A stretch of 43,040 bases of DNA, taken from the IMG/VR virus record IMGVR_UViG_3300045988_035187; one strand, 5' to 3'. Below the pieces are notes generated by a model. It saw only the letters and a list, made by a program, of their open reading frames with translations. It was not told the origin of the DNA and did not search any database. This DNA comes from a virus. Positions 14,569 through 24,629 of this stretch are shown here, in pieces; the stretch's first letter is position 1; each line of letters begins with the position of its first letter. A program made the translations under genes and the position numbers.

Positions 14569-14577
14569 GTTGCCTCC

Positions 14578-15081
14578 TTACCATTCGCCAGCGTAAACGT
14601 CACCAGCGAACAACCACAAAAGATTGTTGCTGACCCATACCAACAAATCATTGATATCGGTTAATATCCGCTCGATGTCATTTGCCTGCTCATAGGTGAG
14701 ATGTTGCATGGTTTCAGGGGTTTCCGGCGGAGTCTGCCAATCGGAGGGATAAACAGGAATATTGGACATCATGGAGCGGATTGCCGCCACGTTGGAAAGA
14801 TAGTCCTCTAAATCCTGGCTAGTCGGAATATCCTTGATGGCCCAGTCAGTTTTAGGAGTAATCGCCATAGGAAAACCAAACCCGCCGAACAAATCAGCGA
14901 TATATTCAATCGCTTCTCCAACTCTGTTCAGGTCCGTTGCGTTGTAAGCTCCTCTCACGCCGGCAGACCATTCCACTTTTTCGCCCTCTGTCATTCCGTC
15001 CCAGCCTTTATCATGCAGAGTACGCCAGCGGGTCACGTCGGATTGTGTTCGGTCTGTTATCAACGTGTCGATAATACTCAT
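14578..15081 (-). CDS. Tail-tip/baseplate-associated hypothetical protein
   Basis: Start set to ATG 15081 after GGAGG, directly after the upstream stop. Confidence 0.55.
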   Translation of the reverse strand: MSIIDTLITDRTQSDVTRWRTLHDKGWDGMTEGEKVEWSAGVRGAYNATDLNRVGEAIEYIADLFGGFGFPMAITPKTDWAIKDIPTSQDLEDYLSNVAAIRSMMSNIPVYPSDWQTPPETPETMQHLTYEQANDIERILTDINDLLVWVSNNLLWLFAGDVYAGEW

Positions 15082-15082
15082 A

Positions 15083-16543
15083 CTAGCCTCCAAGGGATGC
15101 CACAGTCGCCACAACGGTATTTGACAACTTGACTTCCATGCGGCGGAGATTCCCGGCGTTCGTGGTCCCCCATGCGGTTGGAAGCGTCACGCAATCGCCT
15201 AATAGCTCTCCTGCCCAAACGATCTTCGCATTGGTGGTAATCCGTTTTGCATAGTAGTCATAGACCCTCTGTGCCGTGGCTTGCCCGATATCCGGCGAAA
15301 CGAGAGTGGCGTCCGCAACCTCAATAACATTTTGCTTATCAGTGGCAATTACATCTGGGTTAGTAATGGTATAAACTGTTTTGGCATCGTCGTATTTGAC
15401 ACCGTTGATCTCCACGCCTCCGTTCTCGGCCTGAGTATATACATGGGCGGTCACTCTAACCTCTGTCACAAGCGCGCTGGTGTCCACGGTGACTCCAGTA
15501 AACGTGTAATCCTCTGGGATGGCGTCAGGAGTCCCCGGCAAATTAAATACTCGGATGCCGTCCCGCCCATCAGTTGACGCGCACACGCCCCACGCAAATA
15601 ACACCTGCTGTATAGCCGTCCGGATAGTTCCGGATGTAATAACTCCTGTCAAAGCCGTGTCCTCAACATCTGCATCATACTCGATGGAAAACCGTCCATT
15701 CACGATCTCTTCCAATAGAGATTTTGCGGATTTCGCATTGTACACGCCGCCAGGGAATGGGCTGTCATCCAGCACTCCAAAAGCGTCCTGACAGTCGATT
15801 GTGTACAGGTTTTGCGCCTGTCTGGTGTGGCTGTCGATGTAGTACACGCCGATCAGTTTATCGTTGTTTCTGACCTCTACGGGCTGTTTGAGCTGGAACA
15901 TAAAGTCCACGTCTTCCCGGCTGTCTAACGTCCAGTTCATTGTAGAGATGGGCATTTCCGTGGAAATCAGGCTCATTTCGTTGATGATGGAAGCGGACCG
16001 CAGTTCAGACATCCCGAAATAGCGGTAGACGCCGAAAATAATATGTTCCAGTTTCGCCCGCCGGTTGGGAAGATTCGTGCTGCCCAGGGTAATGACCACT
16101 TTGTCATAGCTCTGCACTTTCCGATTGCAGAAATACGTTGCTGCATTGGGCGTGAAATCCACGTCCGCCTTGAGAGATTCCCCCTGATACCACTTGATGT
16201 TGACCGACGGGCAATAGTCGCCAGAGGCCGTGTCAAACACCAATGTAATGCCGACGGAGGAATACTGCTGGTCCATTTCAAACGTGATGACTGGCTTATT
16301 TGTAAAGGCGCAGTCATCACCACTCATTTCCGCAGACCAGAATGCAACCTCCTGTGTATCTACGGTGACATATTCCCCAGTCAAGCCCCAGTGGTTCGGT
16401 TCACAGGTAATGGTCGGTTCCGGCGTGATACCGAATGGGAGTTTTGACGGCGCAGAAAAGGACATCGCCTCCGTAGTGGAGACGGAAGCGTCCTCGTCCG
16501 CTCCCGGCGCTATGTCCTTGTAAAGTACAGTAGTAACACTCAC
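15083..16543 (-). CDS. Tail-associated (Tal-like) minor structural protein
   Basis: 486 aa. GTGA-coupled to the distal tail gene. Canonical position after TMP and Dit. Confidence 0.65.
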   Translation of the reverse strand: MSVTTVLYKDIAPGADEDASVSTTEAMSFSAPSKLPFGITPEPTITCEPNHWGLTGEYVTVDTQEVAFWSAEMSGDDCAFTNKPVITFEMDQQYSSVGITLVFDTASGDYCPSVNIKWYQGESLKADVDFTPNAATYFCNRKVQSYDKVVITLGSTNLPNRRAKLEHIIFGVYRYFGMSELRSASIINEMSLISTEMPISTMNWTLDSREDVDFMFQLKQPVEVRNNDKLIGVYYIDSHTRQAQNLYTIDCQDAFGVLDDSPFPGGVYNAKSAKSLLEEIVNGRFSIEYDADVEDTALTGVITSGTIRTAIQQVLFAWGVCASTDGRDGIRVFNLPGTPDAIPEDYTFTGVTVDTSALVTEVRVTAHVYTQAENGGVEINGVKYDDAKTVYTITNPDVIATDKQNVIEVADATLVSPDIGQATAQRVYDYYAKRITTNAKIVWAGELLGDCVTLPTAWGTTNAGNLRRMEVKLSNTVVATVASLGG

Positions 16544-16935
16544 GGAGTCACCTGCGCTTCCATGGGGACAAAACTGACTTCGATTTCGCCCCAATAGTTG
16601 ATGCCGTTTTCCACCTTCTCCATATCCTGCGAGGCGCTGGTGTAATAGGCTTCATACGAGATCGTGGTTTGCCCATCAGCAGCTTCCAACTGTACAGAGT
16701 CATCGACGGAATGTTCCACCAAGTAGTCCCAGAACTCGTCAAGGCCATGATAGTTGTCACCCCGACGAAACACTGTCAGCTGATGGCCGATATACGTTCC
16801 GATGATGTCCCGCACCATGCGGCCAGTCATTACACGACCCGCGTTCTCTCCGTCCAAAACGTTGAAATTTCGGTTGTATGCGGAAATGGCAACATCCGCG
16901 TCAAACTCTTTTCCATTCAGTTTGATGTAGCTCAT
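16540..16935 (-). CDS. Distal tail (Dit-like) protein, short form
   Basis: 131 aa, immediately downstream of the tape measure gene. Confidence 0.55.
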   Translation of the reverse strand: MSYIKLNGKEFDADVAISAYNRNFNVLDGENAGRVMTGRMVRDIIGTYIGHQLTVFRRGDNYHGLDEFWDYLVEHSVDDSVQLEAADGQTTISYEAYYTSASQDMEKVENGINYWGEIEVSFVPMEAQVTP

Positions 16936-16936
16936 G

Positions 16937-19363
16937 TCACACCCCCGCCAGATTGACGCCGATACGCCGGGTCTCCGCCTTGTTCAGCTTATAGACCACC
17001 TTCCCCAGCTGGTCTCTATCCAATTGTAAGATAACAGTCTGCTCACCTCCGCCCAAATTGGCAGTTTCCTCGCGTACAATGCGGCGGATCAAGCTCTCAG
17101 GCGCTTCAATGTTATTCCCCTGCTTCTGGTCACCCAAGACAGCGAGAAACTCCCGGTTAGGCGGAATAACCGCTCCTTGCGCAAGATACGGTATATTCGG
17201 GATTGTAAAGGGGCGGATTTCCTGACCGCCAAACGTTCCCAGGAAAGGAATCGTGACTTTCGGAATCCTAATAACCAGATGCTCGTTAATCCAGTCAATA
17301 AACTTGTTCACAAGGGAAATTCCAATATTGAGCGCGTCCTTGATTGTCTGCACAAATCCGTCCCAAATATTAGAAAACGCCTCTGAAATACCGTCCCATG
17401 CTTCATTCCAGTCGATTGTAAAAACATTAACGACAAATTCAATAACGCTTGTCAGCCATTCCAGGATTTGGCTTACACCGTCCGCGATCGCTCCAACGAC
17501 TCGTCCGAAAATATCAATAACGGCCTGAAACGCCGCAGAAATTGGCGGTCCAAAGGTATTCACAAACCAATCAACCAGCGGCAAGATAAACTCGTTATAA
17601 ATGCGGAGGGCTCCTTCAATCAACGTACCTACAAAGTTTAGGAAGTTGTCGAGTAACGGCTTCAAATGCAAAGTCCAAAGCTCTGTAAAGGTATTGCCCA
17701 GAGTAGTCAAAACCGGCTTCAAGATCGTGTTCCAGATATTCACAAAAACAGACGTTGTGTCACTAATTGCGGCCTTGATCTGGCCGAAAATGGGTGCGCC
17801 CCATGTATTCCAGAATTTGATAATGCTGTTCCAAACGTCATTCCAAATATCTTGGATGATCTGCATGGCCGGGGCAATCGCATCTTGCCAAATCATGTCA
17901 AACACGGCCTTGACATTTTCAAAAAGCACATCTCCAACACTCAAAACCTGCGTCGCAATGTTAGTAAGCAGAGGGAGAATATCAACAGCCCACTTTGTCA
18001 GCGTGGGGAAAATTACGATGTTCCAAATATCGGAAAGCACCATTGCTGCAGAGTCCAGAAGCCCTCCGACAACATTCCCAGCCGTAAGAATAAACTGGTT
18101 CAAGAAATCCATAAACTCATTGTTGAACCAATCATATAGAGGCGGCCCAAGAGACTTGATGTCATTCCACATATCGCGGAAAACGTTAGTCAGCTTTTCT
18201 ACTCCCTCAGAAATATAGGCGAACGATTTTTTGAAAGAGTCTTCCAAAGGACTAAATGCGTCTTTAAGACGGTCAATCAGCTTTAAGATTTTGCTTTCTG
18301 CAGTGCTCTCCACGATGTCATTAGAGGTAATGGTCTCAATTTTGGAAAGGCCGCCGCCAGCTGCTCCTCCCGTTCCACCACCTGAGCCGCTTGCAGAATT
18401 TCCAGTCAGCTTGTTAATTTCATCAAACGAAGCGATACTCTTTTTCTGCTCCTTGTTAGTCTCTTTCGTGGCATCGGTCAAAGCGTTCTGGTTGTCAACA
18501 GCCTCATCAATACCAGAGGAAACACCGCCCACATTATCTTGCGTCTGCGTGATTTCCGTATTGGCACCGCCAAAGATAGCCGTGATGGCTGCATTAAAAG
18601 CGTTCGCCATGTCGATTAGCGCGGACACAATCCGGTTCAGAGTCTGCACCACTGGCAAAAGCACCTGAATTAGCGCCTCGCCAATAATAGACATGAACTG
18701 CTGCCATTGCATAGAGAGAATGCGTGTCTGATTTGCCCAGCTGTCTTGCGTCCGGATAAAGTCACCAGAAGCCAAAGATAGCTGATCCAGAACGAAGTTA
18801 TAACGCAGAGTCACCAGCTCCGCCTGAGACATAGCAGAAATACTTTTGGTGATGCCCTGAGACAGCGCAAACGCTTCTAGGTTGGCCTGGGTCATAACGA
18901 TGCCCAGGTCTTTTAATGTCTCCGTTTCACCAGTAAAGACGGATTTCAGCTTAATATCCGCCAGCTCCTGGGAGATGTTGTAGAAGGATGCCACGTCACC
19001 CGTCAGTCCGGTGAGTGTCAAGGACATCTCTGCCGCCTCTGCTTGCGACAAGCCCATATTGCTTGCCATTGCCATATATGTAGAGGCGGTACGCTTGGCC
19101 GCAAGCTCGCTCATGCCGAAGTTGGTGATGGCGTTTTGGGCAAACTCGTCAACGGCGCTGGACATATCGCCAAAGGCCACGTCGACAACATTCTGGACTT
19201 CCGCAACGTCGCTTCCAAGCTGGATAGCCTGTTTGGAAAAGTCGATAATTTTATCAACAGCAAAGGCCGTTGCAGCCAGCTTTGCCAGCTTTGTCAACGC
19301 ACTTGTCGCCTGTTGTGTGTTTGCTCGAACATCAATGATAATAGAGCCATCTGCTGCAGCCAT
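16937..19363 (-). CDS. Tail tape measure protein
   Basis: 808 aa, helical/low-complexity, G-rich linker GSGGGTGGAAGGG. Position between the chaperones and the tail tip. Confidence 0.9.
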   Translation of the reverse strand: MAAADGSIIIDVRANTQQATSALTKLAKLAATAFAVDKIIDFSKQAIQLGSDVAEVQNVVDVAFGDMSSAVDEFAQNAITNFGMSELAAKRTASTYMAMASNMGLSQAEAAEMSLTLTGLTGDVASFYNISQELADIKLKSVFTGETETLKDLGIVMTQANLEAFALSQGITKSISAMSQAELVTLRYNFVLDQLSLASGDFIRTQDSWANQTRILSMQWQQFMSIIGEALIQVLLPVVQTLNRIVSALIDMANAFNAAITAIFGGANTEITQTQDNVGGVSSGIDEAVDNQNALTDATKETNKEQKKSIASFDEINKLTGNSASGSGGGTGGAAGGGLSKIETITSNDIVESTAESKILKLIDRLKDAFSPLEDSFKKSFAYISEGVEKLTNVFRDMWNDIKSLGPPLYDWFNNEFMDFLNQFILTAGNVVGGLLDSAAMVLSDIWNIVIFPTLTKWAVDILPLLTNIATQVLSVGDVLFENVKAVFDMIWQDAIAPAMQIIQDIWNDVWNSIIKFWNTWGAPIFGQIKAAISDTTSVFVNIWNTILKPVLTTLGNTFTELWTLHLKPLLDNFLNFVGTLIEGALRIYNEFILPLVDWFVNTFGPPISAAFQAVIDIFGRVVGAIADGVSQILEWLTSVIEFVVNVFTIDWNEAWDGISEAFSNIWDGFVQTIKDALNIGISLVNKFIDWINEHLVIRIPKVTIPFLGTFGGQEIRPFTIPNIPYLAQGAVIPPNREFLAVLGDQKQGNNIEAPESLIRRIVREETANLGGGEQTVILQLDRDQLGKVVYKLNKAETRRIGVNLAGV

Positions 19364-19367
19364 GTTC

Positions 19368-19916
19368 TCACCTCCCTAGCAGTTTTTTCAGAAGTTCGTC
19401 CTCTTCTTCCGTGTAATGCCGCTTTAGATCAACTTTTGAGCGGTTCTGGTTGTAAAATTCCTTTTCCCACTTTTCGAGTTTTTTGTGTTTCCGAAGCTTG
19501 TCACGGATGGAAACAACGGCGGAAAGCTGCCCTTCCCCAATGCCCATAAAGTAAGAAACAAAGGTCCACCAATGACAGAAAGAGTCCGATCTGACATCAT
19601 GCCCGGCCACCTTGATAATGTCGGCGGCGATCATTTGGTAGTCCTGCTCCCAGTCGATCAGTTTTGGCCGTTTTTTATCCTCCTGTTCTTCTCCGCAGGC
19701 GATAAACCAAAGCAGCTTTTCAATCGCTTCTTGATAATCACTTTCCGGCATTTCTTCAAATTGGGGATAGAACAGGGCCAAGCACACATAGACCTTTACA
19801 AACTCGTTTTCGCCGCCATTAAGTCTGGAAATGATGTTCAGGATATCCCGGTAATCGGCGTTGATTGCATATTCTTTTCCACCAACTTCAAGATTGACCG
19901 GGAGTGTCCATCTCAT
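19368..19916 (-). CDS. Gp15-like tail assembly chaperone
   Basis: MRWTLPVNLEVGGKEYAINADYRDILNII resembles the phage Gp15 family. ATGA overlap with the upstream gene. Confidence 0.65.
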   Translation of the reverse strand: MRWTLPVNLEVGGKEYAINADYRDILNIISRLNGGENEFVKVYVCLALFYPQFEEMPESDYQEAIEKLLWFIACGEEQEDKKRPKLIDWEQDYQMIAADIIKVAGHDVRSDSFCHWWTFVSYFMGIGEGQLSAVVSIRDKLRKHKKLEKWEKEFYNQNRSKVDLKRHYTEEEDELLKKLLGR

Positions 19917-20332
19917 TTATTTCTTGCCTCCTGCACGGCTTTCTGCGCCTCCATCTTTGCGTAGGTCTTAACGCCGTCTTCGACGATGGGGCGCATGGCA
20001 TCCAGGAAATTTGTAATGACCAACTCCCCGTTACTGGCAACAGCCATTACATTTGCGCCGCTCAGGATGCTGTCAAAGTCGTTTTCCTCACCGAACACAT
20101 GGGCGAGAGACTTTTTTACGCGGGCGTCATACTCGGCCAGCAGATCAATGGCATCCTCTCCGGTCTCTGCAGATTTTGAACGTTCGTTATAATCCTTTTG
20201 GATTTGCTCGATTTCCACACGCAGGTCCTTGAACCGCTTGTACAGATTTGGGTCAGACGGATTAAACCGTAAAACGCCGCTGTCATTGATCTGGTATGTT
20301 TTAATGCCGGTATCAAATGTGATCTTCTGCAT
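19913..20332 (-). CDS. Tail assembly chaperone-position protein
   Basis: ATG 20332 after GGAGGAATT. Lies between the major tail and Gp15-like genes. Confidence 0.55.
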   Translation of the reverse strand: MQKITFDTGIKTYQINDSGVLRFNPSDPNLYKRFKDLRVEIEQIQKDYNERSKSAETGEDAIDLLAEYDARVKKSLAHVFGEENDFDSILSGANVMAVASNGELVITNFLDAMRPIVEDGVKTYAKMEAQKAVQEARNK

Positions 20333-20389
20333 AATTCCTCCAAAAAGAGGGCACAGCACTATTCCTTTGTACTGTGCCCTTCCTTGTCT

Positions 20390-20926
20390 TTAGGCCGCTC
20401 CGTCTGCTTTAAAGGTTACAGTCCCTGTGGTATTGGTGATGGTCCCAAGCGTTCTGGTGCCGCCGTATGTAATGTCGCAGGAAATTTCCAGGTTTCCGCC
20501 GCCAGCGCCACCAATTCTGGTTACAGACACGGATGCGCCGCTGTACCGCTCCGCAAAATTGGACTCGCCAGATGTTGCGTAGTAGTGGCCGATCAGCATA
20601 TCTTGATTTGCCAGAGCCTGTGCGTCCTGGTCCTTGATTGCCAAATTCCACAGTTTCACCGCCGCTACGTCCCCTGCATCCAGAGGGATAGGGTCGAAGC
20701 TCTGGGTGATGACTGGTTTTGTGAGTGTGGTCCAGGTGTTCCCAAAAATGTCCTTGATAGACTCCTCGGACCAGTCCATTTCCTCGTCGGACTCCTCAAC
20801 GCGCTTTCCAATGGCGGACCATACAGGTTCCTCCGGTGTTCCAGTATTCAGATATGCAATCAGCAGTTCACGGGCAATCGTGCGCCCTTCTGTGGTGTTA
20901 AACTCCAAATCTGCCAAAGTGCTCAC
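20390..20926 (-). CDS. Major tail (tube) protein
   Basis: 178 aa. Position and size fit. No sheath gene is present. Confidence 0.75.
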   Translation of the reverse strand: MSTLADLEFNTTEGRTIARELLIAYLNTGTPEEPVWSAIGKRVEESDEEMDWSEESIKDIFGNTWTTLTKPVITQSFDPIPLDAGDVAAVKLWNLAIKDQDAQALANQDMLIGHYYATSGESNFAERYSGASVSVTRIGGAGGGNLEISCDITYGGTRTLGTITNTTGTVTFKADGAA

Positions 20927-20931
20927 TCCTT

Positions 20932-21375
20932 TCAGACATTGACCTCATAGGCCAGTCTCATTAAAATTTGATAGTCCTCATAGCCGTCTTCATAAGCTGC
21001 GAACTTAGAGGATTGTGTGGTCGGCTCGACTTTCAAAGCGTTGATGCCATCTCCCAAATCGGGGTGTTGGGTCCTTGCCCAGTCCCCAAAATGGTTCAGC
21101 ATTTCGTCTGCTTGGAGCCGCTTGTCGTTGCTGCTCCCCGGTTTAATCCGGTAGATGATCTTGAATTGGTATTCCGCCTGATACCCGCCGATAATGTATT
21201 GCTGGGTGATATACGTTCCTTGGATAGTAGACAGAGCCATGGCCGCATCATCTCCGGCGGCATCATCGATGTCCAAAAACTCGTACTTGATAACTGTCAC
21301 AGGCTTGTCCGGAAAAGTATTGGCCCACACCAGCATAGAGCGAGAAATGCGGTCAACTTCCTCCGAAGATGCCAA
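20932..21375 (-). CDS. Tail terminator / head-tail joining protein
   Basis: TTG start at 21375 (weak RBS). Synteny only. Confidence 0.5.
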   Translation of the reverse strand: MASSEEVDRISRSMLVWANTFPDKPVTVIKYEFLDIDDAAGDDAAMALSTIQGTYITQQYIIGGYQAEYQFKIIYRIKPGSSNDKRLQADEMLNHFGDWARTQHPDLGDGINALKVEPTTQSSKFAAYEDGYEDYQILMRLAYEVNV

Positions 21376-21388
21376 AATTTTCTGCTTT

Positions 21389-21805
21389 TTATCCTCGAAG
21401 ATATCGCTTCACCGCCTTTCCAAATACTCGTTCCCATTTGCCCTTGTTTTCCGCTTTGCTCGCCTCAAACCAATGTGATTGCGCCTGCGAGTGCATAGCT
21501 TTGTTGAAAACCAAGTCTTTATCAGTGAGAACTTTTGTTGCTCCGTAAGATGCATAACTGCTGCCTGTTGCCGGGTCTATCATCAATTTGCCGTAGTATA
21601 AATAGCGAGATTGTGGGCCGGGATAGATAATCCTGGATTCCTCTACTTTTGTTCTTCGGTCGAGATTGCCCGTTAAGGCCGGAACGTATGGAGATGTATC
21701 CTTTTGTGCTTGGATAGCCATCGCATAAACAGCCTTTTTGCTTGCTGCTTCCAAATGCCCCGTCACAGTTGGAACAATATTGGAGCTGACATCAAAGCTA
21801 AACAT
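21389..21805 (-). CDS. Head-tail joining (tail completion, HK97 gp10-like) protein
   Basis: Start set to ATG 21805 (TGATG overlap). Synteny only. Confidence 0.55.
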   Translation of the reverse strand: MFSFDVSSNIVPTVTGHLEAASKKAVYAMAIQAQKDTSPYVPALTGNLDRRTKVEESRIIYPGPQSRYLYYGKLMIDPATGSSYASYGATKVLTDKDLVFNKAMHSQAQSHWFEASKAENKGKWERVFGKAVKRYLRG

Positions 21806-22248
21806 CAGTTCCCACCAACTTCCCAATGAGACATCTCGCCGCCGAAGTCCTTTAAATCCACAGTGTTGACATTGTAGACATCATCGTATGCGGCATCGAT
21901 CTTCTGAGCAGACCAATTAGGGTGGACGGCCTCTCCTTTTACAAAGAAGGTGTTTTCTCCAGTGGAAAGCGTCCAAAGCCCGCTCTTGTCCTCTGCCCGC
22001 CAAAATTCAATAGGCCCTACATACTGCTTTGGCTCACCAGTCACCCCGTCTACGGCTTCAACGCTGGTCGGAATATAAAGGTTGACTGCATCCGCTCCAA
22101 CCAAACCGCTTTCGTTAACGTTTTTGGCCTTGACAGCATCCAGCAGAACTCCTCGCAGAATGGTAATATGATTTGTAGTTGTTTCCTCAAAAGTGCTAGG
22201 GTCCTCTTCTGTCACCACGTTATAGAGCGTCACAACATGGGGGAACAC
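21805..22248 (-). CDS. Head closure / head-tail adaptor protein
   Basis: GTG 22248 (or 22254) after GGGGGTG. The track N-terminal extension is R/H-rich and implausible. Confidence 0.55.
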   Translation of the reverse strand: MFPHVVTLYNVVTEEDPSTFEETTTNHITILRGVLLDAVKAKNVNESGLVGADAVNLYIPTSVEAVDGVTGEPKQYVGPIEFWRAEDKSGLWTLSTGENTFFVKGEAVHPNWSAQKIDAAYDDVYNVNTVDLKDFGGEMSHWEVGGN

Positions 22249-22675
22249 AGCCACACCCCCTTCCACGATACAGGAGGCCCGTACTGGACAAATACTGCGC
22301 TGCAACAGATGCAAGAGATGCTTGTGCTGCCTGTGCCGCTGTCGTGGCCTGCTGTGCGCTCTCGCCTCCGCTCCGGTAGGTCTTGGACCAGCTGCCCACA
22401 CTCTGGCTTTGCAGCTCTCCGCCCTCTCCGACGTTTGCGGAGTTTTGGAGAGCGTTCAGGGCTGCTTTGCTGGCGAGATCGATGCTCTGGTACTGCTCTG
22501 CAACAGCACAGCAGGCCATTTTCAAGGCCTCCAGTTCCTGATTTTTGCCTGCCCGGCCCTGCGTGTAATAGTCCAAAAAGCTGCTTGCACGCAGGGCGAG
22601 GCGCGGAAAGTCGGTCTCCTGAATGGCGGTGCCCAGGTATGTATTTTTGTAATACGGATAATCTGCGTAAGCCAT
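22220..22675 (-). CDS. Head-tail connector (gp6-like) protein
   Basis: MAYADYPYYKNTYLGTAIQETDFPRLALRASSFLDYYT resembles gp6-like connectors. Lies after the capsid genes. Confidence 0.6.
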   Translation of the reverse strand: MAYADYPYYKNTYLGTAIQETDFPRLALRASSFLDYYTQGRAGKNQELEALKMACCAVAEQYQSIDLASKAALNALQNSANVGEGGELQSQSVGSWSKTYRSGGESAQQATTAAQAAQASLASVAAQYLSSTGLLYRGRGCGCVPPCCDAL

Positions 22676-22687
22676 CAGGAGTCCTCC

Positions 22688-23041
22688 TTACTTCTTCGCA
22701 CGGGCTTTCGTCTTAGCCTGCGGCTCAAACGTCGCTCCAGTAAAGCTAAATTTCACCACACTGGAATCATCAACAAGCACTTCAAAGGTATCGTCCTCAA
22801 TTACTCGGAATATGATGTCGGCATCGAACGGGATGTTTTGCTTTGTGGGGGAGCCATTTTTCTTGAAGGTCATTTTTGACCCGGTTTTGGTCAGATGGAA
22901 CGGGAAATAATACCCGCTCTGCTCCTCCGGGGTGCTGCTGAACTCTGTATAATCAGAAACATAATGAAATGTGCCCGTTACAGCGCCGTTCGCATAAACC
23001 TTCAGGTCATCACCCACAAGATCGGAAACCTGTTTCCCCAA
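22688..23041 (-). CDS. Small beta-rich protein after the capsid gene (possible decoration protein)
   Basis: 117 aa. Position only. Confidence 0.45.
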   Translation of the reverse strand: MGKQVSDLVGDDLKVYANGAVTGTFHYVSDYTEFSSTPEEQSGYYFPFHLTKTGSKMTFKKNGSPTKQNIPFDADIIFRVIEDDTFEVLVDDSSVVKFSFTGATFEPQAKTKARAKK

Positions 23042-23085
23042 TAGGGTCTGACCGCTGGGGAATAGCGTTAGGGTGTCAGACCCAA

Positions 23086-24057
23086 TTAACCCCCCGCCGG
23101 TGCGTAGACAGCAAAAGGGAAAGCCTTCGTGTTCCCGACGTTGTAAGCATTGATAGGATTGGGAATCTCCCAGCCCAGCCGCATGACGGCACGCAGGGCC
23201 ACCATGTCGTTCTGCATCAGGTTATAGAGGATGTTTCCGGTAGTGGGGTCCTGTACCACGCCGCTGTCAAAAATCTTGAAAGTCATGTCCTGCCGAATGG
23301 CATAGACCAGCTGGCTCCAATCGCCTACGATGGCGAGGGATTCCTCCGGGTCGTAAGCCCCGTTCACAGGGAAATACATGCTCATGCCGTCCAGCGCGTA
23401 GCGGGTATCGCCCTGCATATCGGTCTTGAAAATGGGCTGGCCGTTCTTGTCCACAAGGCCGCGCAGCTTGGCGCGCATCTGAATTGCGGCCATCACGCCG
23501 TTGGGAATATAGCCGCTCTCCTCTACCTTGGCAATCACGCCGCCCTCGCCCATAATGTCTTTGAAAATGTCGTTTGTGGCCGTAACGACAGCGCCTGCGG
23601 TGATGGCCGAAGGGACAAGGCCATCACGCCAAGAGGTGGGTTTGTCCGTGCTGTACAGAATAGCGGCGTCGATAACCTTGCCAAATGCCTCCTGAAGGCG
23701 GGGGCGCACCTCACCCCAAATGTCGTAATCGCTATCATCCAACACGGCCTCGGGGATAGGCACGATAACAGCGATCTCCTCGGCGTAGATTTTCTTCTTG
23801 TCCCACGCCATATTCGTGGTTTTTTTCAGAGATGCCTTGGAGTCGGACGCGCCAGTTGTTGCCTCGCCGTTGACGAAGTAGGCAGTGGGCAGAGCATCCA
23901 GCACATTGAGGGTCTGCGTCTTACTAGTCATGTTGGGCAACCGACGGGCCATCCGCAGCACAGCGGATTCCGTTACGGCACCCTGGATAATCTCACGGGT
24001 CACGGGCTCCGGGATAAGCCCGGAAAGTTTGCTTCTGTCGATAATATCAACAGCCAT
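23086..24057 (-). CDS. Major capsid protein (HK97 fold)
   Basis: 323 aa. Follows the scaffold gene. Typical length and N-terminal region. Confidence 0.85.
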   Translation of the reverse strand: MAVDIIDRSKLSGLIPEPVTREIIQGAVTESAVLRMARRLPNMTSKTQTLNVLDALPTAYFVNGEATTGASDSKASLKKTTNMAWDKKKIYAEEIAVIVPIPEAVLDDSDYDIWGEVRPRLQEAFGKVIDAAILYSTDKPTSWRDGLVPSAITAGAVVTATNDIFKDIMGEGGVIAKVEESGYIPNGVMAAIQMRAKLRGLVDKNGQPIFKTDMQGDTRYALDGMSMYFPVNGAYDPEESLAIVGDWSQLVYAIRQDMTFKIFDSGVVQDPTTGNILYNLMQNDMVALRAVMRLGWEIPNPINAYNVGNTKAFPFAVYAPAGG

Positions 24058-24070
24058 TTAGGTTCTCCTT

Positions 24071-24571
24071 TCATTTCAGTACGCCCCGGATCAGGGCGTT
24101 CATTACGTCGTTTTCTCCTGTTTTGGGCTTTCCGCCGCCCACAGGAGCGGTCCAGTCAAAGGTAGTTTTCTTGCGGTCAGCGGTTAGCTCGTCCACGGCC
24201 TGTTCGAAGGTTTTCTTATCGTCCACCATCTTCCCGGCCTTAAAGGCGATAAACTCGGCCTCCTCGCCGGACAGGCCCTTTTGGGCCAGATACAGGTCCC
24301 GCTTGAGTTGGTCCCGCTCCGCCTCTGCGGCGGTCAGTTTCCCGGCCAGCGTGTCCCGCTCTCCGGTCAGCTTGTCCCAGCGGTCTTTTTCACCGGCCTG
24401 CCCGTCCTTCCAGGTCCGGTAGGCGGTCAGTTCTTCCTCGCTGGGCATTCCCTTCATGGCTTTTGCAAGCCGTTTGCCGATCATGGCATCCACTTCCGCC
24501 TGAGTGAAGGTTTTCTCAGGCGTGGGCTCCGGCGCAGGGGCCGGGGTAGGGGTATTGATAGGTTCGCTCAT
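24071..24571 (-). CDS. Scaffolding protein
   Basis: 166 aa, helical and charged. Lies immediately upstream of the capsid gene. Confidence 0.75.
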   Translation of the reverse strand: MSEPINTPTPAPAPEPTPEKTFTQAEVDAMIGKRLAKAMKGMPSEEELTAYRTWKDGQAGEKDRWDKLTGERDTLAGKLTAAEAERDQLKRDLYLAQKGLSGEEAEFIAFKAGKMVDDKKTFEQAVDELTADRKKTTFDWTAPVGGGKPKTGENDVMNALIRGVLK

Positions 24572-24629
24572 GGTATTACCTCCGTTTATTGTCAGGGCCG
24601 TCGCCCTGCGGTTTTACGCCTCTCGGCAA

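Noticed and set aside
19368-20332. Programmed -1 frameshift between the two tail chaperone genes
   Set aside because: The second gene has its own ATG in an ATGA overlap. No XXXYYYZ slippery heptamer is visible near the first stop.
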